A stretch of 54,247 nucleotides of DNA from an uncultured virus (IMG/VR IMGVR_UViG_3300010345_000156) (lineage: Duplodnaviria; Heunggongvirae; Uroviricota; Caudoviricetes): the IMG/VR virus record IMGVR_UViG_3300010345_000156; one strand, 5' to 3'. Every line of letters starts with the position of its first letter. Within the stretch, counting starts at the first letter, position 1. Of the stretch, positions 10,109 through 19,049 are shown one piece after another. A program made the translations under genes and the position numbers. The notes below the pieces were generated by a model, which searched no databases, was not told the origin of the DNA, and saw only the letters and a program-made list of their open reading frames with translations.

Positions 10109-11092
10109 ATGACTAAAGCAGTAAAGAAGCAAAGAGTCAAAGAATTACCAAAAACTGAAGAACCAAAATTTCCGACAGTCTTTTTTTATACTGAGAAACA
10201 TTTAGCTAGGAAACTATTTGAAGGCGATTTAGAAAAGATTAAAAAATCATTTGGTGTAGAAATTTCCGAAGAAAAAGGAAAATTTATAATCACATCAAAT
10301 TTAGATATCTCTTGGTGTAGAAAAGCGTGCGTAGTTTTAGAAAAGATTTTTAATATACTAGATAAAAATGTAGATCCAACTGACGAAGAAGTTGATGATA
10401 TTATTTTAGAAATGTTACCAAAGCCATATAAAGAATCTAAGTATAAAGGTTTCTTCAGAACTTATAAGAACGAAGAAATTTCTCCAAGAACCGAAAATCA
10501 AGAATTAGCTTTAGATATGATGAAGAAAAAAGTCATTTCAATTATTCATGGAAAAGCTGGAACTGGAAAGTCAAAATTAGCACTTTCTTTTAGTCTTAAT
10601 GAATTGAACTCTGGAAGATATGAAAAAATTCTTATTATCAGACCTATGACAGTTGTAGGAAATTCTATAGGATATCTTCCAGGGGATTTAAATCAAAAGA
10701 TATTCAATTACTATGGTCCAATTCATTCAAGTCTTGTAGATCTAATTGGAGAAAAGGAATTAGAAACAAAGATTAAAGAAAAGAAAATCATATTTGAATC
10801 TATTAGTTTTATTCGTGGTGGAAATTTTGATGATGCTTTGGTTATTGTAGATGAAGTTCAAAATACTACAAAAATGGAAATCTTAACTATTTGTACAAGA
10901 TTAGGACAAACATCAAAACTTATTATCACTGGAGATACTGCACAATTTGATTTAAAAACTAAAGAGAAAAATGGTCTAGAGTGTTTAATAGAAAAATTGA
11001 CAGATATAGAAGATGTAGGATTTGTAAAGATGACTGAAAAAGATATTCAAAGACATAAACTCGTTGGTGAAATTATCCGAGCATTTGAATGA
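10109..11092 (+). CDS. phoH: PhoH-family ATPase
   Basis: GKAGTGKS Walker A, RP...IGYLPG, FIRG, VDEVQN, TRLG..SK.IITGD.AQ.D, DIQRH.LV. Confidence 0.95.
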   Translation: MTKAVKKQRVKELPKTEEPKFPTVFFYTEKHLARKLFEGDLEKIKKSFGVEISEEKGKFIITSNLDISWCRKACVVLEKIFNILDKNVDPTDEEVDDIILEMLPKPYKESKYKGFFRTYKNEEISPRTENQELALDMMKKKVISIIHGKAGTGKSKLALSFSLNELNSGRYEKILIIRPMTVVGNSIGYLPGDLNQKIFNYYGPIHSSLVDLIGEKELETKIKEKKIIFESISFIRGGNFDDALVIVDEVQNTTKMEILTICTRLGQTSKLIITGDTAQFDLKTKEKNGLECLIEKLTDIEDVGFVKMTEKDIQRHKLVGEIIRAFE

Positions 11093-11736
11093 TAAAACTT
11101 TCTTCTGAAAATGAGAATGTGCAAAATTTCTTAGACTTTGTGCATTCTTCTTTAAGAAAACATAAAATGAATTTAATATTATCTTTAGATCCTATTAAAA
11201 TTTGTTCTAATGTGGTCTCAGGATATTTTTCAGAAGAAGATAGAGAAATTAGAATAGATATTTCAGACAGAACTTGGATAGAAACTTTAGTGCATGAATT
11301 CTGTCACTTTTTACAATATATAGAAAATGATCCTTCTTATACATGCTTAGAACAAGGCGATTCAAATTTTCTTTCTGAAGCTTGGGATTGGTTAGATGGT
11401 TCTCTAGAATTTGTTTCTATAAGACGAAGGAATTTAGTTTTTAGAAAAATTTTAGAAATGGAATTGAATTGCGAAAAAAGATCTGTAGAAATGATTAAAA
11501 AATTTGATCTTCCTATAGATTTAGATGATTATATTTTTGCTGCATATGTTTACATTAATTATTACAATTTTGCTAAGAAATATAGAACTTGGTTAAAAAC
11601 TGATACTATTCTTGGAAGTATTTTTGAGATAAAAGAATCTTCCGAAAAGTTTGGTGGAATAAGTCTAGATCAAGATTTTAAGCAGCTTCCTAAAGAATAT
11701 GAAGAGATTTTTAAGAAATATTCAAAAATGTCTTGA
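11089..11736 (+). CDS. Zincin-like metallopeptidase-domain protein
   Basis: LVHEFCHFLQ (HEXXH) with a downstream E. Confidence 0.6.
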   Translation: MIKLSSENENVQNFLDFVHSSLRKHKMNLILSLDPIKICSNVVSGYFSEEDREIRIDISDRTWIETLVHEFCHFLQYIENDPSYTCLEQGDSNFLSEAWDWLDGSLEFVSIRRRNLVFRKILEMELNCEKRSVEMIKKFDLPIDLDDYIFAAYVYINYYNFAKKYRTWLKTDTILGSIFEIKESSEKFGGISLDQDFKQLPKEYEEIFKKYSKMS

Positions 11737-11762
11737 CAAACGAAATTAAATTTATTATTCTA
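11734..11762 (+). promoter_or_regulatory. Sigma70-type phage promoter with an A(A/G)ATTAAA spacer box
   Basis: TTGACA-aacgaaattaaatttat(17)-TATTCT. The same class occurs at 18648, 18616 (minus), 20332, 24311, 26613, 39732, 40359 and 42758. Confidence 0.75.
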
Positions 11763-11771
11763 TAGGTAACC

Positions 11772-12134
11772 ATGAAAGGGAACTTTATGAGAATTATTGA
11801 TACTAAATTCTATGATGATGTAAAGTATTTAGAAACTGTTTATAAAATTAAGTTAGACAAACCAATTTTATTTGAATATACTGAAAAGAGTCATATGAAA
11901 TTGATTCCAGAAAGTGACATAGATCATTTGTATAAATTTGGAGCAATTCTTAGACATCCATTTTTAAATAATTTTGTTTACTTTTCACAAGAAGATTTTG
12001 GAAAGATTTTTAATGATAAAGAAAGTAATGAACATAAGTATTTCCATGTGCTTCTAGATGAAATTAATCTAAGAATTTCTAAAAATAATATAGACGAACT
12101 CCCAGAAATCCTTAGTGCAAATTCTTTACTATAA
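11772..12134 (+). CDS. Hypothetical protein; paralogue of 39787..40209
   Basis: Shares M.II., GA....P...F..E....IF and the C-terminal N....P..I with the 39787 ORF. The start may be ATG 11787. Confidence 0.65.
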   Translation: MKGNFMRIIDTKFYDDVKYLETVYKIKLDKPILFEYTEKSHMKLIPESDIDHLYKFGAILRHPFLNNFVYFSQEDFGKIFNDKESNEHKYFHVLLDEINLRISKNNIDELPEILSANSLL

Positions 12135-12667
12135 TGTTATCACTAAAAGACAAAAGAAAAGATTATAAATTTTGGGGAGATATTGGAGTAAAGGATATTT
12201 CTATTTTTGAAAAGATTTCTGATTCTAAGTTTATATGCGTTTTTGATAATGTCGTTCCAGTTTATGAAGGAATGATTTTTGATTATGATTCTATTAAAGA
12301 TCGTATAAAACCTATAGATCCAAAATACAATTCTAAAATTAATATTTCTCTATGGACTTCTGAATCTATTATCAAAAAGTTTCCTATAAATTTTGTGATA
12401 AAAAATGATGATGTAGAATTGCGCTTTGAAGAGGAATTTATTCCAGAAGATTATGTAGGAAAATATATTAGAATTAATAATAATCATATCTATAGAATTT
12501 GTAGAAGAGATAATGAAGTAGAAATTTATACTGAAACTTTATCATATACATCTACAAAAGAAGATATAGTAGGTTTATTAAAATATATGATTGAAAAAGA
12601 ACCATACCGTTTTATTAATCATTCTATAGATATAATAGATCCAAAAATTGAGTTAGAACTATTTTAA
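12134..12667 (+). CDS. Hypothetical protein; paralogue of the next ORF
   Basis: EGMIFDYDSIKDRIKPI vs EGQLIDFNSVKKNIVPI; both also carry TKE. Confidence 0.6.
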   Translation: MLSLKDKRKDYKFWGDIGVKDISIFEKISDSKFICVFDNVVPVYEGMIFDYDSIKDRIKPIDPKYNSKINISLWTSESIIKKFPINFVIKNDDVELRFEEEFIPEDYVGKYIRINNNHIYRICRRDNEVEIYTETLSYTSTKEDIVGLLKYMIEKEPYRFINHSIDIIDPKIELELF

Positions 12668-12679
12668 GAAAGGACAAAT

Positions 12680-13165
12680 ATGTCAGTTCAATATTATGAT
12701 AATCGTTCAAATACATATTATATAGATGCTGGAATATTAGAATATAGTTTCTATAGAAGAATTTTGAAGAATAAACTTTTAATTTTAGATTGTACTATTT
12801 TTCCAAGTTCCGAAGGTCAATTGATAGATTTTAATTCAGTAAAGAAAAATATAGTTCCAATTAATGATGTAGAATTTATTCCTCAAGTAGAATCAGATAT
12901 GTTTATTCCAGTGATTAATAATGTAAGAGAAAGTTTAAAAGAATTTGATTTTATAAAGAATCTTGGAAAGACTATTAGATATCATGGAAGATTTACTATT
13001 GTTCAATTTGATATGGATATATATTTCTATTCTGAAGATAAAGATTTATTAATTACAAAAGAAGAAATGTTAGAAGATATGGAAAAACATTTTCAATTCT
13101 CTAAGTCTATGTTTAAAAATAGAATTGAAATTTTTGAGAACGACTATTGTGTCACATTAAAATGA
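12680..13165 (+). CDS. Hypothetical protein; paralogue of the previous ORF
   Basis: GAAAGG RBS; motifs shared with 12134..12667. Confidence 0.6.
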   Translation: MSVQYYDNRSNTYYIDAGILEYSFYRRILKNKLLILDCTIFPSSEGQLIDFNSVKKNIVPINDVEFIPQVESDMFIPVINNVRESLKEFDFIKNLGKTIRYHGRFTIVQFDMDIYFYSEDKDLLITKEEMLEDMEKHFQFSKSMFKNRIEIFENDYCVTLK

Positions 13166-13175
13166 AAGGGTCGAT

Positions 13176-14987
13176 ATGATTAAAGAATTAGTTGAAAAGA
13201 TTACTAGAGCCTCACAAGAGTATTACGAATTTGGAGAATCATTTTTATCAGATTCCGAATTCGATAAGGAATTAGAAACTCTTAGAAAGTTAGATCCAGA
13301 AAATCCAATTTTAAAAGAAGTTGGTCATGGATATATTTTAAAAGGAATCGATGATAAGGAAAAGTTTGAACATCCTATTGAAGTTGGTTCTATTGAAAAG
13401 ACCAAAGAACTTTCTAGATTAAAAGACTTCTTAAATCCTTCTTCTACATTTTCTACAAAGATTGACGGAAATTCTGTAGTTTGTTATTACAAGAATGGAA
13501 ATCTTTTTAAGGTAGTCACAAGAGGAACAAAAAATATTGGAATAGATAGGACCGCTAAATTTATTTCAATTGTTCCTAATAAAATTCCTCTTAAAGGATA
13601 TGTTGCAGTAAGAGGTGAAGCAGCAATTAAGAAAGAACTTTATACAGAAGCTAATGGATTTGACATTTCTAAATCTTCTCGAAATGCAGTTGCCGGAGCA
13701 ATTTCTAGAAAAGATGATTATATGGAAATTTTCAAATATGTTGTCTTCGTAGCATATACTTTCAAAGATTGTGATACTGGAGAAGATCTTTATAATGAAA
13801 TTCCTTGGAGTGAATATTTTATTGTAGAAGATCAAAAGACTAATGTTAAAGATATTTTCCAAAATGTAGAATCTTTTAAAAATGAATATAAAACAAACTA
13901 TCCATATGAAGCTGATGGAATTGTTTTTAAAACTGGTTCAGAATATCTAGCATTTAAATTTGAAGATGAATCTGCCAATACAAAATTAAATGGAATTGAT
14001 TGGTCTATCGGAAAAGATCAAAGATTAACTCCTGTAGCCATCTTAGAGCCTGTAGAACTCGCTGGAGCAACAATCTCAAGGGCGAGTCTTGGAAGCTATT
14101 CTAGAGCCTGTGAGATAGATTGCTGGCCCGTTCGTTCAAAGCATACTGTAGAATTAATTCGAGCAAATGAAGTTATTCCATATATCACAAAAACTGTAGA
14201 ATGTACTTGTGAAGGATGGATTATGAAAAGAACTCCAAAATGCCCTTCTTGTGGAAACTATTCAGAACAAATTGGAGAACATGTTTATTGTACTAATCCA
14301 GAATGTCCTAATTTAGATCGAGCAAGGTTATTCAATTTTTCAGAACAATTTTATCCAGAAGGTTTATCAGATAAGATTGTAGAAAAGTTTTTTGAATTTG
14401 AAGGAATTGATACAGTATTTGATTTATTAGAATATGACAAGAATTCTATAGATGTATTAAATTGTCCAGGAATTGGAGAATCACATAAAGAAAAGATTTA
14501 CCAATTTCTAAAAGCATTCTCTGGAGAAATTGATTCTAGAGTTGTTTACAAGACTTTCTTAAATCAATGTGGAGAACGTGCTGCTGAAAAGATTGTAGAT
14601 TCTGGATTCGATTTAATACAATTTTTAGAAGTAGAATCTGAAATCAATAAGCTAAAGACTATTTCAAATTTCAACTCTAATATTCTTCAGGAATTAATTT
14701 CTAAAAAGAGTTTATTAAAAGAGTTTGTTAAATTAAGGAATATCAAAACTGAAAGGAAAACTAAAATGGAAGCGAATAAAACATTTGTAATTACTGGAAC
14801 AAGATTTAAGGGAGAAGAATTAGAACAAGTATTATCAAAAGGTTGGAAGGAAGGTTCTAGCGTTTCCAAAAATACTGATGTGCTAATTGTAAAAGATGTT
14901 AGTTCTAATTCTTCTAAAACTCAAAAGGCAAAGGATTTAGGAATTAAGATTATGTCTATTCCAGAATTTTTAGAGTCCATTCTATAA
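13176..14987 (+). CDS. ligA: NAD-dependent DNA ligase
   Basis: Domain Ia YY....SD.EFD, KIDG adenylation motif, VTRG, VRGE, RNAVAG, DGIV.K, C4 zinc finger, and a C-terminal BRCT domain (FVITG...VSKNTD.LI...SSK..KA..LGI.I). Confidence 0.96.
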   Translation: MIKELVEKITRASQEYYEFGESFLSDSEFDKELETLRKLDPENPILKEVGHGYILKGIDDKEKFEHPIEVGSIEKTKELSRLKDFLNPSSTFSTKIDGNSVVCYYKNGNLFKVVTRGTKNIGIDRTAKFISIVPNKIPLKGYVAVRGEAAIKKELYTEANGFDISKSSRNAVAGAISRKDDYMEIFKYVVFVAYTFKDCDTGEDLYNEIPWSEYFIVEDQKTNVKDIFQNVESFKNEYKTNYPYEADGIVFKTGSEYLAFKFEDESANTKLNGIDWSIGKDQRLTPVAILEPVELAGATISRASLGSYSRACEIDCWPVRSKHTVELIRANEVIPYITKTVECTCEGWIMKRTPKCPSCGNYSEQIGEHVYCTNPECPNLDRARLFNFSEQFYPEGLSDKIVEKFFEFEGIDTVFDLLEYDKNSIDVLNCPGIGESHKEKIYQFLKAFSGEIDSRVVYKTFLNQCGERAAEKIVDSGFDLIQFLEVESEINKLKTISNFNSNILQELISKKSLLKEFVKLRNIKTERKTKMEANKTFVITGTRFKGEELEQVLSKGWKEGSSVSKNTDVLIVKDVSSNSSKTQKAKDLGIKIMSIPEFLESIL

Positions 14988-14995
14988 ATAATTGA

Positions 14996-15049
14996 ATGAC
15001 AGAAGAACAAAAACAATTATATAAAGACTGGAAGAAATTAGTAAATATG
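14996..15049 (+). pseudogene. 5' remnant of a DUF3140-like gene
   Basis: Late promoter at 14983, then MTEEQKQLYKDWKKLVNM, which aligns with the intact paralogue at 17317 (LFRKFDEYVNM). It is interrupted by the TnpB element. Confidence 0.65.
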
Positions 15050-16378
15050 TACAAATTATTATGATCCAGTTTTAAAGCATGATAAATAAGTATATGAGAA
15101 GTTATCGAATTGAAATTAAACCTAACAAAACGCAATTACAACTAATTAAACAGAGTTGTGATGTTGCTAGGTTTGCTTACAATTGGATGCTCGGAAAGAA
15201 AATAGCTGAAAGAGAGTCGTTAATATCTCTAGCTAAAATGTGGGACTTAGATAAAGTTCCTTCTATCCACGGCACATTTTTTGACTGGAACAAAGAATGG
15301 GCAAAATATAAAAAAGATAAAGATTGGATTACTTCGGTTTCTAAGTGTTGTGGTCAGATGGCTCTTAGAGACTTAGAAGTTTCTTTTAAAAGATTTTTCT
15401 CTAAAAAATCAAAATTCCCTAGATTTAAAAAGAAAGGTTCGAAAGATTCTTTTAAATTCGATGGTCAAGTTTTTATTGATTACAATACTATTCAAATTCC
15501 TGTCATTGGAAAAATCAAATTAAAAGAATGCGGATATGCTACTGATAAAAGACTAAGACTTTCTTCTGCTAGAATTTCTAGAGATGTGGATAGATGGTTC
15601 GTATCATTCTTTATCAAAGATAATCTTGTAATAAAAGACTTACCATCTATAAATGAAATTACGAAGAATGATATTATTGGTGTTGACTTAGGAATAAAAG
15701 AATTAGCTATTACGTCTGACGGAGAAACTTTTGAAAATCCAAAGGCTTATCAAAAGTACTTAAAGAGATTAAAACGTTATCAAAGAAGTGTATCAAGAAA
15801 ACAAAAAGGAAGTAACAATAGAAAGAAAGCAGTTTTAAAGCTTGGAAGATTGCACAGAAAGATTAAAAATGTGAGAAAAGATGCTATACATAAACTTACT
15901 ACATCAGTGGTGAAAACCAAACCAAAACTGATAGTGTTAGAAACATTAAAAACAAAGAATATGATCAAGAATCATAACTTAGCTGGAAGTATATCAGACG
16001 CTTCCTTTGGAGAAATTAGAAGTCAATTTGAATACAAATCTTTATGGAATGGTGTTCATTTAATTAAAGCTCCACAATTTTATGCTAGTTCAAAATTTTG
16101 TTCGTGTTGTGGTAAAAAGAATGAAAAATTGAAATTAAGTGATAGAGAATGGACTTGTCAGAATTGCAACACACATCATGATCGTGATGTGAATGCTGCT
16201 CAAAATTTGAAGTTCTTTGGTTTATGGATTTTAAATAAAAATACCGTGAGTTACACGGGAATTAACGCTAGTGGAGATGAAAGATTACAGTTCTTAACAG
16301 AACAGTGTTCGTCTATGAAGCTAGAATTTGAATCTAAGAAATAGTGTTCTACATAGTTTCAAAGATTTAAAGTAACGG
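15050..16378 (+). mobile_element. Non-autonomous tnpB-only element with an IS607-like right end
   Basis: Contains tnpB and ends ...AAAGTAACGG. It is flanked by the two ends of a DUF3140-like gene. The left boundary is approximate. Confidence 0.7.
15094..16344 (+). CDS. tnpB: RNA-guided nuclease TnpB
   Basis: N-terminal HTH (YRIEIKPN...ARFAYNW), RuvC D (GVDLG), E (VLETL) and D (DRDVNAA), and a C4 zinc finger. Start placed at the ATG after GATAAATA. Confidence 0.93.
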   Translation: MRSYRIEIKPNKTQLQLIKQSCDVARFAYNWMLGKKIAERESLISLAKMWDLDKVPSIHGTFFDWNKEWAKYKKDKDWITSVSKCCGQMALRDLEVSFKRFFSKKSKFPRFKKKGSKDSFKFDGQVFIDYNTIQIPVIGKIKLKECGYATDKRLRLSSARISRDVDRWFVSFFIKDNLVIKDLPSINEITKNDIIGVDLGIKELAITSDGETFENPKAYQKYLKRLKRYQRSVSRKQKGSNNRKKAVLKLGRLHRKIKNVRKDAIHKLTTSVVKTKPKLIVLETLKTKNMIKNHNLAGSISDASFGEIRSQFEYKSLWNGVHLIKAPQFYASSKFCSCCGKKNEKLKLSDREWTCQNCNTHHDRDVNAAQNLKFFGLWILNKNTVSYTGINASGDERLQFLTEQCSSMKLEFESKK

Positions 16379-16398
16379 CATAATCCTAAGAAGTTAAA
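16240..16398 (+). ncRNA. Putative omegaRNA/reRNA scaffold plus guide of the TnpB element
   Basis: Overlaps the tnpB 3' end (ACCGTGAGTTACACGGGAATTAACGC...ATGAAGC...). By the known TnpB rule the guide is the flank after the right end (CATAATCCTAAGAAGTTAAA). Boundaries are inferred. Confidence 0.55.
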
Positions 16399-16435
16399 TG
16401 AATCTTTAATAGAATCTGTGAATCGTTTTCTTTAA
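16379..16435 (+). pseudogene. 3' remnant of a DUF3140-like gene
   Basis: (G)HNPKKLNESLIESVNRFL* corresponds to the family C-terminal WGHDP motif. The 17317 paralogue has WGFD. Confidence 0.6.
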
Positions 16436-16473
16436 GTGACTAAATAATTAAAAGTTAATAAGGATTTTTAATT

Positions 16474-17151
16474 ATGAATGAATCTCAACTAAAGAGAATG
16501 GAGCAATTATTAAAAGGCGATTTTTCAGATTTTGAATATAAAGAACCAAAGCAAATTGTACAAGAGTCTGAAGAAATAGATATTCCAGATATCGTAGAAG
16601 AACCTAAAACAATTGTAGAAAGTCTTTTCGAATCTTTTGGAAAGTATGAATCATTATCATTAAATGAAAGTGATTCTGACCTTGTAGAGAAGCTTAATAT
16701 TTCTGATGAGCTTTATGCTATTCAAGAGGCTTTAGATTCTATTAAAGAAAAAGTTTTAGATGAAAGTGTTTCTGATATTATTGCATCGTCTCCAGCATTA
16801 CTTCCAATTATTGCTGGTGGAATTGCAACTGCTATTGGTTGGTATACTAAGAGAAAAGCTGGCGGGGATAGTGCAATACCAAGACCAGTTGTTAATACTT
16901 TATATGCAATTAATCAATATGTTAAAGGTGGAAAAGAAGCCGAACGCAGAGAAATTATCAAGAATTCTGTTCTAAGAGCTAATCCAAACTTAGATAAGAA
17001 AGATGTAGATAATGCGATTACACTTGCTATAAAAAATTCTGATAAACTTGCTGCGATGAAACTTCCACAAGGTAAAGCAAAATACGGAACATATGAAACT
17101 GATTTTATGAAAGCTCAAAAGGAAAGAGATCGTTTAAAATTAGCGAAATAA
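16474..17151 (+). CDS. Hypothetical late (possibly internal virion) protein
   Basis: Late-promoter-like ACTAAATA at 16439. The acidic N-half has repeated (L/V)xES motifs reminiscent of prohead-protease cleavage sites. Confidence 0.6.
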   Translation: MNESQLKRMEQLLKGDFSDFEYKEPKQIVQESEEIDIPDIVEEPKTIVESLFESFGKYESLSLNESDSDLVEKLNISDELYAIQEALDSIKEKVLDESVSDIIASSPALLPIIAGGIATAIGWYTKRKAGGDSAIPRPVVNTLYAINQYVKGGKEAERREIIKNSVLRANPNLDKKDVDNAITLAIKNSDKLAAMKLPQGKAKYGTYETDFMKAQKERDRLKLAK

Positions 17152-17152
17152 T

Positions 17153-17308
17153 ATGTCTTATTATTTGATTGAAATTAAAAAATTATTGGTGGAACTTGAA
17201 ACTTCGCAAAATAAAAATCAAATTATAGAAAAATTAAATGTTTATATAAAGCTTTTAGAAGATGATTCTAAGAGCTTTTCTTTTACCGTTAGAAAACAAG
17301 ATGAATAA
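17153..17308 (+). CDS. 51-aa hypothetical protein
   Basis: MSYYLIEIKK...RKQDE* fills the gap between two genes. Confidence 0.5.
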   Translation: MSYYLIEIKKLLVELETSQNKNQIIEKLNVYIKLLEDDSKSFSFTVRKQDE

Positions 17309-17316
17309 ATATTGAT

Positions 17317-17811
17317 ATGAGTTCAGAAATACCTTTAAGAAAAAGAATATTATTTAGAAAATTTGATGAATATGTAAACATGTCTTCAGCACAAATGAGG
17401 CAGTTTTGGTCATCTCCAGAAGCACAAAAGGTTTCTCAAACTCCTGAAGAAAGTTTTAAAACTGGTGGACTTGCAGGAAAACAAGTGACTAGAGAAATTG
17501 CAAATATGATTTCAAAAGCCGCGAAGTATAGAGGACAATTAAAAAAACTTCCTCCGTGGACTGATCGAGAATGGCTTTTGTGCGGATCTATTGTAAGATA
17601 TATTGCAAGAATCTTTTATGGTAATGGTGATTTGGTAGATAGTAACGGAGAAAGATTACCAAGAGCATTAGCACCTATGTATTGGGGATTTGATATTCTT
17701 AAAAGGAAAACAAAACTTCCTAGAAAAGAAGAAATAAAAAAAGAAGTAAAAGACTATGTTAAAAAAGAAACTTTGAAAGAATCATTTTTCGATAATCTTT
17801 TAGATCTTTAA
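17317..17811 (+). CDS. DUF3140-like protein
   Basis: F...VNMS..QM..F..S.E...V...G....R.I...WTD.E......V.YI.R...WGFD pattern. Confidence 0.65.
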   Translation: MSSEIPLRKRILFRKFDEYVNMSSAQMRQFWSSPEAQKVSQTPEESFKTGGLAGKQVTREIANMISKAAKYRGQLKKLPPWTDREWLLCGSIVRYIARIFYGNGDLVDSNGERLPRALAPMYWGFDILKRKTKLPRKEEIKKEVKDYVKKETLKESFFDNLLDL

Positions 17812-18150
17812 ATCCAAGTATTTCATAAACATTTGACAAAGGAATGAATAATAATTTCTCATCCCTTCATACATAAAAAGTAAAGAATCATTTCCAGAAA
17901 ATATATCCGAAATGATTCTTTTAATATCTTCTAAAGTTTCATCTGAATGATAGATTGAAATTCTTAAAATAGTTTTATCGTCTATATTCACAAAAGCTAT
18001 AGTTAAAGAAAAATCTGATATTAGATCATTTTTCAATTCTATAATATCAGATTTAAAATTTATATCAGGAATAATTTCAAGATCAATTGTAGAAAGGTAT
18101 CCAGAAGAATATTTTGAAAATCTTATGTCAATCTTTTCTACAACAGTCAT
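17800..18150 (-). CDS. Hypothetical protein
   Basis: 116-aa ORF abutting the upstream minus-strand gene. Confidence 0.6.
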   Translation of the reverse strand: MTVVEKIDIRFSKYSSGYLSTIDLEIIPDINFKSDIIELKNDLISDFSLTIAFVNIDDKTILRISIYHSDETLEDIKRIISDIFSGNDSLLFMYEGMRNYYSFLCQMFMKYLDLKI

Positions 18151-18151
18151 T

Positions 18152-18559
18152 TCAATCTTCTAATTTTGAAAGAGTTACTTGAGCAAGATTATCCTTATCC
18201 TTTACATAGTGAGAAATTCCAGAGAACTTTTCTAATTCTTCTGTTTCAAATGTTAAAGAAAACTTCGCGGCATCTTCTTTATTCTTTCTTTCAATTTTAA
18301 CAATCTTTACTGGAAAAATTACATCATTTATATTAAGAGAATATGTTCCAATTCTTTCATCCCAAGTTGCTGTAATAATTTCAATATCATCTGGAGTGTT
18401 TCCGGAAATAAATTCTGAAAGATCTCCTGAAAAATAATCCGATTCTATCTTACAACTTCCATAACGCTTTTGAATCTTTTCGTCTTCTGGTGTCTTAATA
18501 GATTTTGTAGCAACTTTATAACTCGAAATGATACAAGAATATGTCTTATCAAACTTCAT
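18152..18559 (-). CDS. Hypothetical protein
   Basis: Start moved to MKFDKTY, which follows a GGGAG RBS and a minus-strand promoter. Confidence 0.65.
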   Translation of the reverse strand: MKFDKTYSCIISSYKVATKSIKTPEDEKIQKRYGSCKIESDYFSGDLSEFISGNTPDDIEIITATWDERIGTYSLNINDVIFPVKIVKIERKNKEDAAKFSLTFETEELEKFSGISHYVKDKDNLAQVTLSKLED

Positions 18560-18587
18560 TTTTAAATTCTCCCTTTTGGATATTCTT

Positions 18588-18676
18588 AAGATAGCATTTT
18601 TAATCTGGTTTGTCAAGAGATTTCTTAAATTAAATTTATAAAGAGGCTTGACAAATGAAATTAAAATTCTTATCTT
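18588..18676. promoter_or_regulatory. Divergent pair of TTGACA-17-TATCTT promoters
   Basis: Minus strand 18616-18588 and plus strand 18648-18676; both contain the ATTAAA spacer box. Confidence 0.75.
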
Positions 18677-18697
18677 AAAGAGAAAGAAGATCTTCAA

Positions 18698-18976
18698 ATG
18701 GCAAACCGTTATAGATTCAATATTAAGAAACCTATAGGAAAAATTACTAAACTTTCTGACACTTTATTTGCAGAAAATATTAAAGAATCTTGTTTCAAAC
18801 TTGCTGATTTAATTGATCATAAAATATGTGATAAAGAATATAGTTATTTTTGCAATCAAGTGGATAAAGCAACATCAGGAACATCTCCAAATTATACTTT
18901 ATTAAACTTTGAATATGGCGAAGAAACCGTAGAAGCATTTATAGAAAAAGTTAACGACTCAATTTTAAAAGGATAA
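18698..18976 (+). CDS. Hypothetical protein
   Basis: ORF directly after the promoter. Confidence 0.6.
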   Translation: MANRYRFNIKKPIGKITKLSDTLFAENIKESCFKLADLIDHKICDKEYSYFCNQVDKATSGTSPNYTLLNFEYGEETVEAFIEKVNDSILKG

Positions 18977-19049
18977 ATTATGAGAAAAATTTTTAGTGAA
19001 TTATTGCCGTTCATTGGTATAATAGGATTTTTTGGGCTTATTGCGTTGT

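Noticed and set aside
15050..16378. IStron (group I intron plus IS607)
   Set aside because: Only ~45 nt lie between the left junction and tnpB, too little for a ribozyme core, and the host gene's middle is deleted.
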